Of a stretch of DNA of 64,000 nucleotides, positions 36,560 to 50,525 are shown piece after piece. The stretch's first letter is position 1. Each line of letters begins with the position of its first letter. The stretch is from NCBI GenBank assembly GCA_964188305.1, contig OZ076885.1, one strand, 5' to 3'. Origin of the DNA: Podarcis bocagei (Eukaryota). Made by a program: the position numbers and the translations under genes. The notes below the pieces were generated by a model. It made no database searches. It saw only the letters and a list, made by a program, of their open reading frames with translations, and was not told where the DNA came from.

Positions 36560-38692
36560 GGAAAGAGCTGCCCATTGTGTTGTTTTAAAACAGGTGGAGG
36601 ACCTCTCCGCAATGATTTTATGCCTATCAATAAAAATTTTATGAGGTGCATTTGATTATAGATTAATGTGTCCCTCTAATAAAATGGACTGATGGCACAC
36701 GAGGAAGAAAAAAAAATCTCAATCTCTCTCTCTTTCTTTCTCTCTCTCTCTCAACACCAGACTTTACTACAGTTTTCAAACTTTGGATTCAAACGGGGGC
36801 GTTGTCATTACTTCCAAGGTACTCCAGAGTTTGGGACCCTGAAATGTACGAAATGAATGAATGAGCCCCGAAACGCCGCAGCCCCTTGGACAAGATCTCC
36901 TTGTAAATCGAGCCCGCTTTGCAAACATTCTGCGAGAAAGACGAACTCGAGGCACCAGTGGCTAGAACTTATCCCCACTCCCCACCTCAACACCTTCCAT
37001 TCCTTAATTTTATTTCCTGGATATTTTCTAGTAAGCACAAACTCCTCCTCCGCCAACCCCCACCCCACCCCCCGCACCATAGAAGTCAAGGAGATTCAAT
37101 CTGGTTCAACCACCTTTATTATTTACTATCAGAGACCAAGTATCCAGAGTAGGTTTTGAACCTGAAGCAAACGCTTCGCCGAGGATTTCAAGCCAACTGA
37201 GCCATTTGTTATCATTCCTCCTTTTCCCCCTCCTGCTCCTTCTTCTTCTGTTTGATTCCGAGAAAGCCTAATATGATTGACTGAGGAGAGAACGTGCAAG
37301 GCTACTTCAAATCCAAATCTTTGCTTGGAACAAAACAAAGGAAGACAAGAAACGCATCGAGAGAAGCCGACAGGACTGCGTTACATATCTGGACGCTGGA
37401 ACCAGATTTGTAGGAACCCATCTCTCTCACTGTTTGGTCTCTTTGCGTTTTATTTATTGTAACTTACTGTTTTCTTTATGTGTGATGGAACTCACGCCCA
37501 CTTCCTTGCCTCTCTCTTTCTCTGTGTGTCTACATACACTCAATGTTCATGCTCACATACCAGTTCAAAACAACCTAAGTAAGCGGAAGCCATTGCCCTC
37601 GATTCCAGCTGAATTTACTTTCAAAGGAAAACGCGTTTGAATCATAGCCGTAAGTGCCATTTTCTCACGGCAACATCACGGAGTGTTTATTGAGAGCGAG
37701 TAAAAAGGAAAGGAAAAAAACACCAAATATCACTAGGTGTCTCAGTGAGGGAGAGACGCTTATATACTGAAGTTATGGATATTACAAAACACAAACACAA
37801 ACCCAGAGCTCTGCATAACATCTCACAAATACCCAACGACCTGGTGTTAGCAAAGACAGAGAGAGTATACCTATCATCTGTGTACACGACTATATACAAA
37901 TACATACACAGGTTTTGTGCGCGCGCGTGCATACATGACATCTTTTGTACGCCCTTTGAATTTAGATACACACAGTTTACTATTGATAAATCAGTACCCC
38001 CCAAAAAAGCATCCATCTATATAAGAATAACTTTATCAGATAATTAACCAAAACACTGGGGTCGGGTTGGAGAGATGTGATGTCACTCGTTCTTTCATGA
38101 ACTGTCTGGGTGTCATTAGGTTAGCAAATATTTCCAACATGTTAGAGGCAATTTCCTGATTTGGAAGTCAAGGAGGGGCATTTGTTGTTAGTTACGAGCC
38201 CATTTCTCCAGAAGCTGAGCCGGCAGTTTCTCAAGCTCTCTCTCCCCCCCCTTCTTTCTTTCTTTCCTTCTTTCCTTCCTTCTTTCTTTCTTGAAGGTGA
38301 AAGCATTCCCAAGTATTTGGACTTCAGCCTGGAGTCATGTTCATTTGCAAACTCCTTTTAAGGGACTTTCTGCTTCGGATCTCCCCACCCCACCTCACCC
38401 GACCCCCCCACCCCGCCTTCCTAACCCCTTCCCCAAGATAAAGTGGCTGTGAGCAAGATTTCGCAGCGATGTCCGGGGAGGGCGTTGCGGAGAGTCGTGA
38501 ACTTCATTATCCTGATGTGGGCTACAACGAAGGAACCACAGAAAACAAACACACGCACAAAGCAAAATAACCCAGGAGTGTCAGGAAACCAAAACGTGTG
38601 AGCGTTTGGAGACGAAGCGGGGAAAGGCCCTGTAGACAGAGACTAGGCAATATGGCTTCCTTTATTTTTTTACAACACTGCAAGTAGGAATC

Positions 38693-38754
<62 letters not shown>
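38693..38754. repeat. (AAT)n microsatellite
   Basis: About 20 perfect units. Confidence 0.95.
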
Positions 38755-38755
<1 letters not shown>

Positions 38756-39851
38756 GTGTCTAGGGTGCATGAAAAGCAAGGGAGGTGAAATGGAATAAAA
38801 CAACTGCATTTATTTATCACGCTGTATTTGTAACGATATATACAAACTGCAGTAAGGATTTGCAATAAGAGCACATTTTGGCTGGCAATCGAGGCTCTGG
38901 GCGAAGGCTTGTTACGGCTTCCGTTTTCCTTCCTAAAAGTCAACTTACCGTTTATGATTGAATGGGATAAAGGTGTCCACTTTTCGGTCATAACATTTCA
39001 CTAGCGTTTTGGCGCTCCCTTGTCAAGACTGTCTGTTCTCGACGCCCTAGGCCATTTCCTCGCGACCCTAGCAATTGCTAAAGGTATTATTAGGACTGAC
39101 TGACACAGACAAATCTACCCCCCTTAAAAAAATAATAATCTACGAGCTCCCACACTAGTAGGAGGGTTTGGGTTGGGGGTGTGGGGTGATGGCGGGGTGC
39201 GCGGGGTGCGCGGGAGGGAGAGTCTTTGAGCGCAAGGGAATGGCAAGGAGAGGCTGCGAAATGGGCGAAATGGTAGCGTTTTCTGGTTCGGTTTGGATTT
39301 GGAAAGACCAACCAAAGGAGCCTCGTGAACTTTACAGAGTTTATTGCATTATACATGCGAATAGGACATGCACAAAGAAGAAGGCGTAGGAAAAAGAAGA
39401 AGAAGACATATTGCTTGTTATACCACTACGATTCCACGTATGCACCACAAGGGGAAGAGAGAGAAAAAAATGTCTACAGTTGAGGAAGAATGAAGGATTC
39501 CATTGCACGCACGAAGGACAAGTTTGACGCACACGGGAGAAAGGGGAGTGTTACATCTTAAAATGTGCTTTTAAAAATTCCTTTTCCTCTCACTCTCGCT
39601 CTCGCACTCTCACTCGCTTTGCCTCCCCCAGCCCCCCACCTCTCAAAGAAGAAAAAATGCTTATTTTTCTTTCTTTTAAATAATTATTAAAAGTATTGTC
39701 ATCTACTCAAAATGGCATGGCCCGTGTAACAGCCGCCCCCCCCATAAATACCACGTGGTGAGTTTAAAAAAAACCATGGAAAAAGTCACATTATCTGGAT
39801 GTCCAACAGCTCCAATAAGTTAAGACCAAATGATCATATTGAATCAGTGTT

Positions 39852-39858
39852 TACCCTG
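39852..39858 (-). promoter_or_regulatory. miR-10 family 7mer-A1 site (CAGGGUA) in the HOXD10 3' UTR
   Basis: mRNA-sense UCGUAAUGCAGGGUAAA, about 375 nt after the stop. HOXD10 is an established miR-10b target in mammals. Confidence 0.6.
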
Positions 39859-39880
39859 CATTACGATGAGAAAAATAATA

Positions 39881-40011
39881 NNNNNNNNNNNNNNNNNNNN
39901 NNNNNNNNNNNNNNNNNNNNNNNNNNNNNNNNNNNNNNNNNNNNNNNNNNNNNNNNNNNNNNNNNNNNNNNNNNNNNNNNNNNNNNNNNNNNNNNNNNNN
40001 NNNNNNNNNNN
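39881..40011. other. Assembly gap (131 N) in the HOXD10 3' UTR
   Basis: Run of N. Confidence 0.99.
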
Positions 40012-40231
40012 CATAAACACTTGCAGCACTAAAAAGAATGACAAAAGGTCACATTCTATCAGAAATTTAAAAAATGGAAAATGAAGGGGGTCTACTTTTG
40101 TCCCCCCTGTCTCTGTTCCCCCCAAAGTCTTTCCTACATATATATATTTATTATATATATATATTTATATATACCAACTGGTGGTAACTGAGCCCAGGTC
40201 TCAATCCTTTCAAGCCCCCAGTTGAACCGGT

Positions 40232-40509
40232 TTATGAGAAGGTCAGATTGGCGGTCAGTTCTCGGATCCGGTTCTCTCTGCTCATCTTCTTGAGCTTCAT
40301 TCTGCGGTTTTGAAACCATATCTTGACCTGCCTGTCAGTGAGGTTTACGCTCTTACTGATCTCTAGGCGGCGCTCTCGAGTGAGATACATATTGAACAAG
40401 AACTCTTTCTCTAATTCCAGTGTTTGATGTTTAGTATAGGGACACCTCTTCTTTCTGCCACTCTTTGCAGTTAACCAATTGCTGGTTGGAGTATCAGACT
40501 TGATTTCCT
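40232..40509 (-). CDS. HOXD10: HOXD10 exon 2 (homeobox); spliced protein about 359 aa
   Basis: [92 protein letters not shown]. Acceptor GCTAG|AG. Confidence 0.97.
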
Positions 40510-42077
40510 CTAGCAACATCAAAGGAGAAGGAAAGAAGGAAGGAAGGGGAAATAAGAAAGAAAAAGAAAAAAGAAACACCTCAGTCTGTTATAGAGTACC
40601 CTTGGCCATGAACCTACTACATCCATTGTGTCTGGCAGATATGGTGGCTTGTGGGTATTAAACATTGCTAACGGAGGTGTGTACATTGGGGCAGGGCGGG
40701 GTTTTTTTAATATAATGATAATGATACAAAAAATGGTGTCCACATTCGAGTTAAACAATGCCAGCAGCAACACTATTTTCCACTCTCTGGGTTATTTCTG
40801 CAGCTTTCCCAAACATTATCTCTATGCATTCTCCCTGCTAATCCACATATTTCAAAATAGCCTGTGACATTGGGAGCAATATGAATACTGTCATCTTCCC
40901 AGTGGTTCGCATTTTAGTGGATGTGAACTGTGCAAACCAACCCCCGCCTTATAAAGCCACTTGTTTGGGAAATGCCTCAGTTAAAAACAGTACTATCCCC
41001 AATCATGTTGAAAGAGATTCATCTGCATCACTCATGAAATTAAGCAAACACCCAAGGCGGGGGGGGGGGAGGGAAGTGGCCTTTTTAGTCCCCAACTAAC
41101 ACCAATATGGAGGGGGGCGAATACCTAAAAATCAACTGTATTTATCGTTTTCACTTTTAATTCCCCATCTCTTATTAGATGCAAATGAAAGACCTGGGCT
41201 TAATAAACATGTATTGTTCTGCACTTACTACGAGTAACAAATGCACAGTAGAGATTGACAAGTTAATTTTTACTAAAGGCATGGTTTCTGAGGGGCCCCG
41301 CTCCGCTCTTCCACCATATTCTCCACTCTCCAAACGAAGCCCCTGCGGTCCTCCCCCATCTTGAAATAAACAATGCAGTTCCTTCCATTATTTCATAACA
41401 ACCTTCAAAGCCTAGTGAAATTAGGAGACCCAAACTTGTCTTATCTATAGTACCTTATCCCAAATTTAGACTTCCTTCGAAGAAAGGGCCTTGCCTTATT
41501 CTCCTCATACTTTATATGGGCTCTGCGGCAACTCCCTGTTTTATTTTATCTCGTCAAAAGAAAAACAACAACCCCACAACTTTTTATTACCATGCTTAGC
41601 AATCGACTGTGCTCTTCACAGAGAAGATCCACAGGAAATATTTGATCCCAATTTGACCAAGGGGGGGGGAGAGAGTAACAGTGGGTGTAATTTAAGAACC
41701 TCTAATCTGAAGAAGCTGCTGGAGCAGTTATAATGCAGAAGCCTTGGCAAGAGAGAAACGAAAACACCCTTTTCCTGGCTGAATCTCTGGGATTCAAAAG
41801 GCATAAAACGATGGGTGTCACCAGCATCGTGGCCAGGTCCTAAGGCATCCATGCCCTTCTATTTCCTTTTTGTTTTTCCAATTGCAAAAACAACACATAC
41901 CTAGCACCTGCAGCAGCAGAAAGAGGTGACGGGGGGACCCTGTCTGCTGAGCAGTTATGGCTGAGCTTAAAGCATTAAATGCTCCTGTGGTTTACGAGAC
42001 TGGCGTGCCCAAGTTAGTCTGCCACCACGTTCGGGTATCTGCCCCCCACAGCCGCCAACTTCTGCGATCATACCGAC

Positions 42078-42879
42078 CTTTGCTTTCCTTCTCTTGGGTT
42101 TCTGGGCTGGAAACGGAGGCTTCAGCCAGGCAGCTCCTGTCGTCTTGCAGCGTGGACTTAGACTCGGGACTTTCCACTTGAGAGACTTTGGCAGAGTTGT
42201 CTGAATGGTGGCTGCTGGTGCTGCTGGTGGTGTTGGTGGCGGCGGCGGTGGCGGCGCTGCCGCTGTTGGGGTTTTCATTCATTTTCTTCTCCATCGGAAG
42301 TTGCGAAGCTATCTGCGGTTTGGAAGCGCCGCGAGGGTTTAACTGCAACATGACAGTTGAACTCGTTTCGGGGCTGTTATGGTACTCTTGGGTTTTCCCA
42401 GTGGCGTAGGTCTGGCTCAGCCTGAAATATCCTGGGACGGGGACCTCGGGGTTTTCAATGGAGCACGACTCAGAGACCAGCCTCTGGTATGAAGGGACGT
42501 CGGACGAAGACACAAGCTTGGAGCGCTTATCAGAATACATGCAGCAATTGGTTTCTTCCTTAATATTTGTCGTGAAGGAGCAGGTGGGGACCTGCTGAGT
42601 AACAGGTTGCTCTATTCGGCAGGACCTGTTCGGATCAGTCCAGTTGTCTACTTGAGGTATATAAGGGTGTACATTCATACCCATATTTTGATGGTTGACT
42701 TCTCTCTTGGCCAGAGACGGTAGAAGTCCACAGGTTTGCATCCCATAAGTCCCAATGTCTGTGCTAGGTGGCATGTACATACTGGCGCTGTTGGAATAGA
42801 AACTATCGCTCCTGCAGGCACTGATCAAGGAATCGACTAGGAAAGTGTTGGCGGCAGGAGAGCTGTTGGGAAAGGACAT
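42078..42879 (-). CDS. HOXD10: HOXD10 exon 1 (802 nt)
   Basis: [29 protein letters not shown] ... [13 protein letters not shown] ... QEKESK. Donor AAAG|GTCGGT at 42078/42077, phase 1. Confidence 0.97.
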
Positions 42880-45800
42880 TTTGGGGAGGAATTTGAAGAA
42901 GAGAGATTGTGTCCTTTGTAGGCTGACATCTCTACGAAAACATTCCCTGTGTAATTGTGGATGCCTCTGCACAACCACATGACAGCTAAGCCAATGAGAT
43001 TTGAAAATGGCCTTGAGCCGCTACCTCCCCGCCGGTCACGTGCTCCGCGGGACACTCCGGGCTGCGGCGCAAAGGTGGTCAACAGCGACATCTAGAACGT
43101 CGAGGAGAAAGTGCGCGCGCTCCTCCAAGCCAGGGAGCTCCAGCGGCGGCAGCAATATTAGTAGCAACCTTTTTCCCTGCTTTTTTTTTTTTTTTTTTTT
43201 GGTCCTTTTGCAAAGGCAGCCCTGGCGCACTGCGCTGATTTAAAACAAGGAAATGCGTTGAACTGATCTGACCCCCATACCCCCCATCTCGCAACTCTTT
43301 CGTTGTTGCTGCTGGGTTGTTGTTGTTTTGTTTTGCGTTCTGTGTGTGTTTTTTAACACCACAAAGGAGTTACTGTCCGAATTCAGGCTGATCCTGAGCC
43401 ATGCCCCTTTGCTCCAATATCAATATATATATACATATATATGAGACAGGTACTTCAGGAAAATCCCTGGCTGGCTTAAACAGAGGCAAGGGGGGTGGGA
43501 GATGGACGCAGAGGCGCGCGCAGACACAGAGAGAGATGGGGGGAGTGGGAAGGGGAGACGCATGCAATCCTACAAGGCAAAATATGTGGGTCTTCTTCTC
43601 ATTCTCCCCACCTGTGAATAGTAATGGTGATGATAATATTGATAAAAGTGGTTTCGACCATCTCCAGTCCTCATGGTTGCCCAACATCTCCTTCAAGTTA
43701 CATGAATTGGCGGCAACTGACGTCCTCAGAAGAGACGTCCCTAAGTCTCAGCCCTGGACAACACATCCTTCTCTTCTCCACTACTTCCTCCTTTCACTTC
43801 ATAATCAAACACTTTCTAAAACAAAAGCCACAACATATAATAAAGGTCCCAAAAAGTTGTGTGTGTTGTTTGTTTTTTGAGGGTGGACAGCTGACTATGT
43901 CTGAAGTGTAGGCGATCTCCCAACGTGTCATAATTTGGGGAAGATACAAAGGGGTGGTGGTAGCGGTGGAAATAATGTTACCTTTTATGGATTTTGTAAA
44001 AGCATTGGTTCCTGACAAGTGCAAGGTACAAAAGGTTGTGGAATTTATTAATACAGATTAAGAAGAATCAGAGCGATCAATAAAATTCTCATCTACATTC
44101 TTGAGCCACTTGGTAATTTTCTTGCTTCTGAAGCTTTTTCAAGAGTTATACCCTCTGTTGCCACACACGGGAAGATATTTTATTAACAAATCAATCGAGA
44201 CTTTGTAAAGGATAAGATTAATAGTTAAGATTTAGCATAATGGTGTTCGTGTTATGAATTATTGAAAATTATACTATTGATTTTTCCTCTTCGCTGCTAA
44301 CCAAGAAGGTCAATTTTTGTTTTAATACAAATCGTCAAATATTAAAAGCTAGGAAAAAAATTTGGTCATAAGTTTGGTTTTATAGCTACAGCAGATTCCT
44401 AAAATAAAATAATTAATAAATAAGATGAGGGTCCTTTCTCATAGTACATATGTGAAGAAATTCTCTTTGCCCACGAAAATGGCACCAGAGAAAAGGTAAA
44501 GTTTTCGTAGACGATGTTGCTGAACTTCACACAAAAAACCCCCCACATATGCACTCACAACGCGGTAGCCCGCATCCCACAACGGAATCTGCTGGCTTCT
44601 TACATTATTTCATTACCCAACTTCATATCTATTAAAAAGGGAGATAATAAACACCTGAATCCACCCCTCCCTAGTTCTTGACCACAGGAATCGTGGGCAA
44701 CTCTACCTATAGAGAAATTTGGACGCTTCTTTCAAAATAGATTTCCCCACTTCGATGTTCATCCTTTCTTTTCCTTATATTTATACCCGCATCACTCCCT
44801 TTTCTTGAAACACAAGGGGACACATATCCTTGAAATTAAGGACTGTTCTCCCCACCCCTCACCTTCGGGACTTTAAAAACATTCATATTTTCCCTCTCCT
44901 CCCCGCTTGTTTGGCAGTGTGTTTTTACTCCAAAGGTGTCTCTTTTATTCATAAAATGTCACACGCCGCACGCCACACAGGAACCATCTACTTGAGGTTA
45001 AATGTTGCCTTGAGTCCATCTATTTATTCCAGGCCTTGAGCTCATTCCTATCAGCAAACCTTCCTTCTCTCCTTTGAAATAAGAACCTCGGGGAAACCAA
45101 AACAGACCCTTTGAAATGGCACCCACGGCCTCTCCAATGACTGCAAGAAGCTTAATTTTCCGTCCTGGTTTTTTCACCCTTACGTCTCTGGCACTTTGGG
45201 GGGCTTGCTTCACTTTCCCCCCTCTTCTTCTTCTTCTTCCTCCCCTATCCATTTGCCGAAAACAACCCCCTCACCCCAGTTTGAAATCTCGCTGTGGCAA
45301 TGAGACAGACCCTTTTTGAAAAAGCTTATCACAGCTGTTCAAATACAACATCATTGTCAGGTTAAGAGCCGGTGGGTTTTACGGCTCCAGCCGCCTCTCT
45401 TCTCTCCCTCTGTCTCGCTCTCTCTCTCTATGGCTTCTGTGTTTGTCGGAGAATCTCCAGCTTACCTTCGTAAAATAAGCTACATTCCACCATCACCACC
45501 CCAGATAAACATTTTCTCTCTTTCTTCATGGACCCCTTTAAATTGCGGGTCCATAAGCCATGCCCTTGTCCTGGATAGGGTCTTAGAAATAAGGGACACA
45601 GCACCGCAAGGAAGCGGTGGTGGTCCCAGTGTAGGAGAGAGGATTTTTGTCCCCCCTCCTTTTCTCCAATTTGAGATCATTATCAGAGCCATTGCTAAGA
45701 TTTTGTCTGAGCTGGGGAACAAACAAAAGTGGAGGTCACTATGCTCCCTCTTTGGGGGCCGGCTTTTTATGTGCTTTCCAGCAATTTCCCTTCCTCCCCC

Positions 45801-47802
45801 CCCCCTTTCCCTCTCCCCTCAAAACAAGACGCCAGACAACCCACCGAGTTTAAAGCAACCCAATACTATTTTCTGGTCTGCATTTTAAGACTTGACTGTG
45901 AAATCTAATCAGTTTTTTAAAAAATAATAATGATAAGAACAATTCCCCTTCAAACGGCCTTCCGTAATTCTTACTTACACTTTAAGAAGTGCCCTAGAAA
46001 TCTCCCAATGGCCACATCCTCTTTATTTTATTTTATTTTGGCTATATGTTGCCCAGTTGTAACATTAAAGCAAGCCAGACTTTCCCCCCTGTTTTCCATC
46101 TCAGGGGTGTGTGTTGTTTAATGAACTGACTCCGAGTCTTCCCTTTAGAGTTAGGACATTTCGCTAGATTTGAGGCGCAAGATACTAATGCCGCCATCTA
46201 ATGACCTCCAATTATTTTGTTAGATAAACCATGTGTACGGTTAAGGCTCTCCAGTTCTGAAGCAATCCATTGATCATCACCAATTACTACTTTTAATAAA
46301 AAAGAGTAAGGGTGGGGACAGAATTTGAGCAGGCTTGGGCAAATATATTAAAGTGTGTGGGGTGGGGTGGGGAATGGCACTGAAAACCGAAAACCTTAAA
46401 ATTTGTGTGACACATCTAAAGGTTGAATAAACATCTCATTGGGAAATGGGTTACTCAGACCTTGTGTGTTTAACGCCACTTCAGTTTTAAATCATATTAA
46501 GATGGAATTGTAGTAATTAACATTAATAAATAAATCAATATTGTGCCATAAATGAGATATACAATCTACATTAATGCAAAGGTTTTCCTCTTTTACTGTC
46601 CCATATTTTTTCTTCAAAGGGGGTGAAACCCCCCGAAAAAAGCTCCATTTATAACTCGATTACTATTTGCAGTAAAATATATGTTGACACCCCCCTTTTC
46701 TGTCTTAATAAATAATAGAAAATAAAACCCAAGAGGAAAAGTCGATACTTTAAACTTTAATTTTAATCCTTCAGATTTATTCGACATTTTGTGCCTGGCC
46801 GTTTGATGCCCTTTTTGGGCTTTGTTTTGGAATGTATGTAGGGACGTATTCAAAGATATTCCTCCTACCTTTTCCTCTTCTAACTGCAATTTGTTTTATT
46901 CTCTTCTCATTATTAAAGGGATGGGGGAGGGGAAGGAGCCTACCCAAAAGTGGGGGGCAGATATTTTGCAGCTGTGGACTCTGAACTGGACTGACAAATA
47001 TTGTTCAAAAGATTGGCATTCAGACGGGCTCCCTGGAAGCCTATCTAAATGTTCCCTTCCTCCTTTCATCTAAGTATTATTTAATCTGGAGGCGTTTACA
47101 CATTGATTCAGTTTATTTCATTCCACACCACTGCAGAGCAGAGGCGCTGAAAGGTATTCCTTTTAATTAAGAAAGGAAATTAGTGCCATACAATATCGTG
47201 GATTTTCGTCCCATCATAACACAGCAATTAAATGATTCTGCTTTCTGAGCCTCACGTTGTTATGCGGAGCAGAGACAACGTCCCAAATATTTGGATTAAA
47301 AAGACGAGGGAGATGTGTGATGAGACCATCGCTCTTGGTAATGCACAGAACATAATTAACTAATATTAACCATACTACATGAGATATGAGGGAAAAGTCA
47401 ACACCACGCCCTCCCTTATTTTTTGCTCTGCAGATATTATATGCATCTCTATAGCTATATAGGTATCTAGGTCTATAGATATCTATAGATGTACCAACTG
47501 ATACACGTCATAAACGAATCTCCCCTGAAGAGGATTCACGTTTTGTCCATTGTTTATCATAAGCCTTTTGTACACAAAAGCACGAGTTCAATTTCAGACT
47601 CTCGCAGCCTTTACTAGAAGGGTCTGGCCAGGTTAATGTCTTTACAGCATACATCCTCTACTCTCTCAATTAATTAGAAGCTCCGGAGAGACTTAGTACT
47701 GTATACAATAGCATTGGCCGTAGTCTTGAGTTACAGTTATTTAAAACATGGAAGTATCAATGCGGCATAAGCTTTAGCAGATTTGGCAACCTTGGATGGA
47801 GG

Positions 47803-47856
<54 letters not shown>

Positions 47857-47880
47857 TAGATAAATAGATAGATAGACAGA
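47803..47880. repeat. Compound (GATA)n/(GACA)n microsatellite
   Basis: Direct reading. Confidence 0.9.
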
Positions 47881-49419
47881 GAGACTTTTGTATTTTTAAA
47901 TTGCCAACGTTTTCTGCGCCATCTTAACACTCTCAGATCAAAAAGGCTTTGGGAAATTGCTGAAAATCATAACCAAAATGAACTCCCATCCCCACACCTC
48001 CCCAGGTCCATCACACGTGCGTGAAGGTTCCACAAAGAACAAAGGCGAGATTTTAAATATCCAACTAATTTAATGAGCAGAGTATATATAATACGCATAT
48101 AGCCCCAACCACAATGTTACATTTTTTTAATTTTCAAAACAAGGTCTTAATATAAATGGGAGGGGAGGGGTGAGGGAGAATTCTAACCGTGTAGTTTAGT
48201 CTTCATGCGGTGTCTGACAAGGCGTGCGTTAATTTAACAGTCGGGCGAAAGCCCCACACCAAACATTAACCTTTTCTACATTATTCTTTCCCAAAATAGA
48301 TTCATCTTACACCATCCCGTTTATTATGGATCTTAAATGGCAAATATCAATTTCATTTGCGTTTCAACATAATGGTGTGTTGTTGTTTTTTTTAAAAAAA
48401 ACATTTCATTTTATTTCAGAACACTTCCGTTTATTTCAGGTGGAAAGGCTATTCTAGGTAACTGGCGTAACAATGAACTCCTTTTTATAAAAAAAATATT
48501 TTAAAAATCCACTGGAAAACAATGCGCCCAACATTCATTTGGTAGGGATGACTTTGAATGTGTCTAGTTTATTGGATTACACAATGCCAAATTTCGAATC
48601 CATATCATGCAGAGAAGGAGAAAGGCGGAGGAAACCAACTCTGATCTTTGGTGTTTTTACCTAAAAGTGCGTTTTCGGAGACAACTAAGATCTCCCAAAT
48701 CAGATGCTCTTTTTGTGGAAGGGGTTCCGTTTTTGTTTTAAACATTTTAGGGGTCCTTGAAATACATAATTCTCTTTCCGTTTGTATCCTTTCTGTGGAG
48801 AATGAAAATTAGTTTCACAATATCGGGTCAAGGTGACGAAATGATATCCACCATACGCAAAATGCCCGACTCTTCTCTGGTAAATAAAGCTATCTCTAGA
48901 GAAAAGGCACCCCCCCCCAAAAAAAAATTGAATACTCAGCAGCCCATTTTCCCAGTGATTAAAAGTACACATTCTTTTTAACATTGAACTATCTGCCTGC
49001 GTTGGTCTTCTAATGAAAAAATCTCGACCTAAATATAAACTGGCTTTGATCACATTGGTATTCTTGGGGCGCTATGATTGCGCTGAAAGAGAAACAATTA
49101 GAATTTCGTTCTGTTGAGGAAATCCAGGAGATAAACTACCCCGTCCTAAAAAATTACTAGTTTTAAAAAAATTCTTATGCATCATATTGTAAAAGATTAT
49201 GACCCAAAATAATTTTTTTAAATGAAATACGTCTTGTTCGTGTCATGGTCATGAGTTACTTGTTTAATAAATCCTGTTTATGCTCTATTTTCTCATTTCC
49301 CAAGCCCTGAAAACTTATCGTTGCTTATATATTAGATATTTTATTAGTAGCAGGGTGATTGGGGACGGGGGGGGGGAGTACACTTGAACATCAGGACAAT
49401 TAGACATTCTGGAATATTA

Positions 49420-49437
49420 GCGCGCCCTCTTGTGGAA
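49420..49437 (-). promoter_or_regulatory. CTCF motif between HOXD11 and HOXD10
   Basis: Minus-strand TTCCACAAGAGGGCGCGC, one mismatch to the consensus. Confidence 0.65.
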
Positions 49438-50439
49438 TTTAGCAGTCCGGCATGCAGGGAATTTTTTATTTGAAAAAAACACTGCATGCTTTCTTCTTGC
49501 ATTTCTGAGACATTATTCTGTTGGGTTTTTTCTTCGGAAAAAAGCTTTTATATTTCTATTCCTATATATTAAAGCTTTTTTCGAAGAAAAAACCCAACGG
49601 AGTTGTCTTAGGACAACTGTTGTTGGTGAATTTGAATTGATTCGCCGTTTTGGTACATTCCTGACTGAAGAGTAAATGATAGGGAAAGTCACCCCCTTTT
49701 TAATAAAACATTTTAAGGCATCAGGAAAGCACACAATATTTTCCTATAACGTTAAGGGGATATTTTTTTCAGGCGCCTTGAGACTATAAGTCGAATTATT
49801 TGGACGTCCTATGGGTTCCAAATCACAAGTCAGTTCTTTTTCGGATAATCTGCGTCACATTGAATTCCATGAACGAATTCTCATTTATTTTAGTGGCACT
49901 GATTTGCAACTGTTGTTTTTGACTTTATTTATTTATCTATTGGGATTTTTTAAAAAAAAAAAAAAATTGTATTGACCTGACTTCTGTATGTATATCACTA
50001 CCAAACAGTAAAAGAAAAATTTGAGAAGAAATGGTGGCTTATGCCTTGCGGGGCGGGAGGGTGGCTAGGGACAGAATTCTAAATATGGTTTCAGGAGGAA
50101 TTAGAAGAGATTTCACAGCAAATAAGCTGTTAGTCTGGAGAAACTGCAATGGAGTTAGTCTGGAGAATTCTGCAAATGCCCCTGGTAAGAACTGATGAAA
50201 TGAACTATTTCCTGGTGGAAGTCGAAGCGCTCCAAAGACCTACATGGTGGATTCGCGGGTGTGGATAGCTATGCAGTAAGAAGTGTGTTTGTGCGTGTGT
50301 GTGTGCGTGTGTGTGTGTGTGTGCGCGTGTGTGGTGGGTGGGTGGGTGTGCGAGAGAGAGAAAAGCCAGAGAGCGGGGGGAGGAAGTAAGAAATGGGGGA
50401 AAGAGGCACACAGAGAGAGTGGGTGGTGGTTGAAAATAA

Positions 50440-50525
50440 GAGAGGAACCTTTAAGGCTCCTAATTATTCAGAAAGGTTAAAGGTGATGACCTTGACATTT
50501 TGGAAGTTCAAAGGCAGACACTTAC
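50440..50525. promoter_or_regulatory. Nuclear-receptor site cluster 3' of HOXD11 (candidate conserved region IX equivalent)
   Basis: AGGTTA-A-AGGTGA (DR1-like, 50474-50486) overlaps AGGTGA-TGACCT (IR0, 50481-50492) and minus-strand TCAAGGTCA. A second DR1-like AGTTCA-A-AGGCAG is at 50505-50517. Confidence 0.5.
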
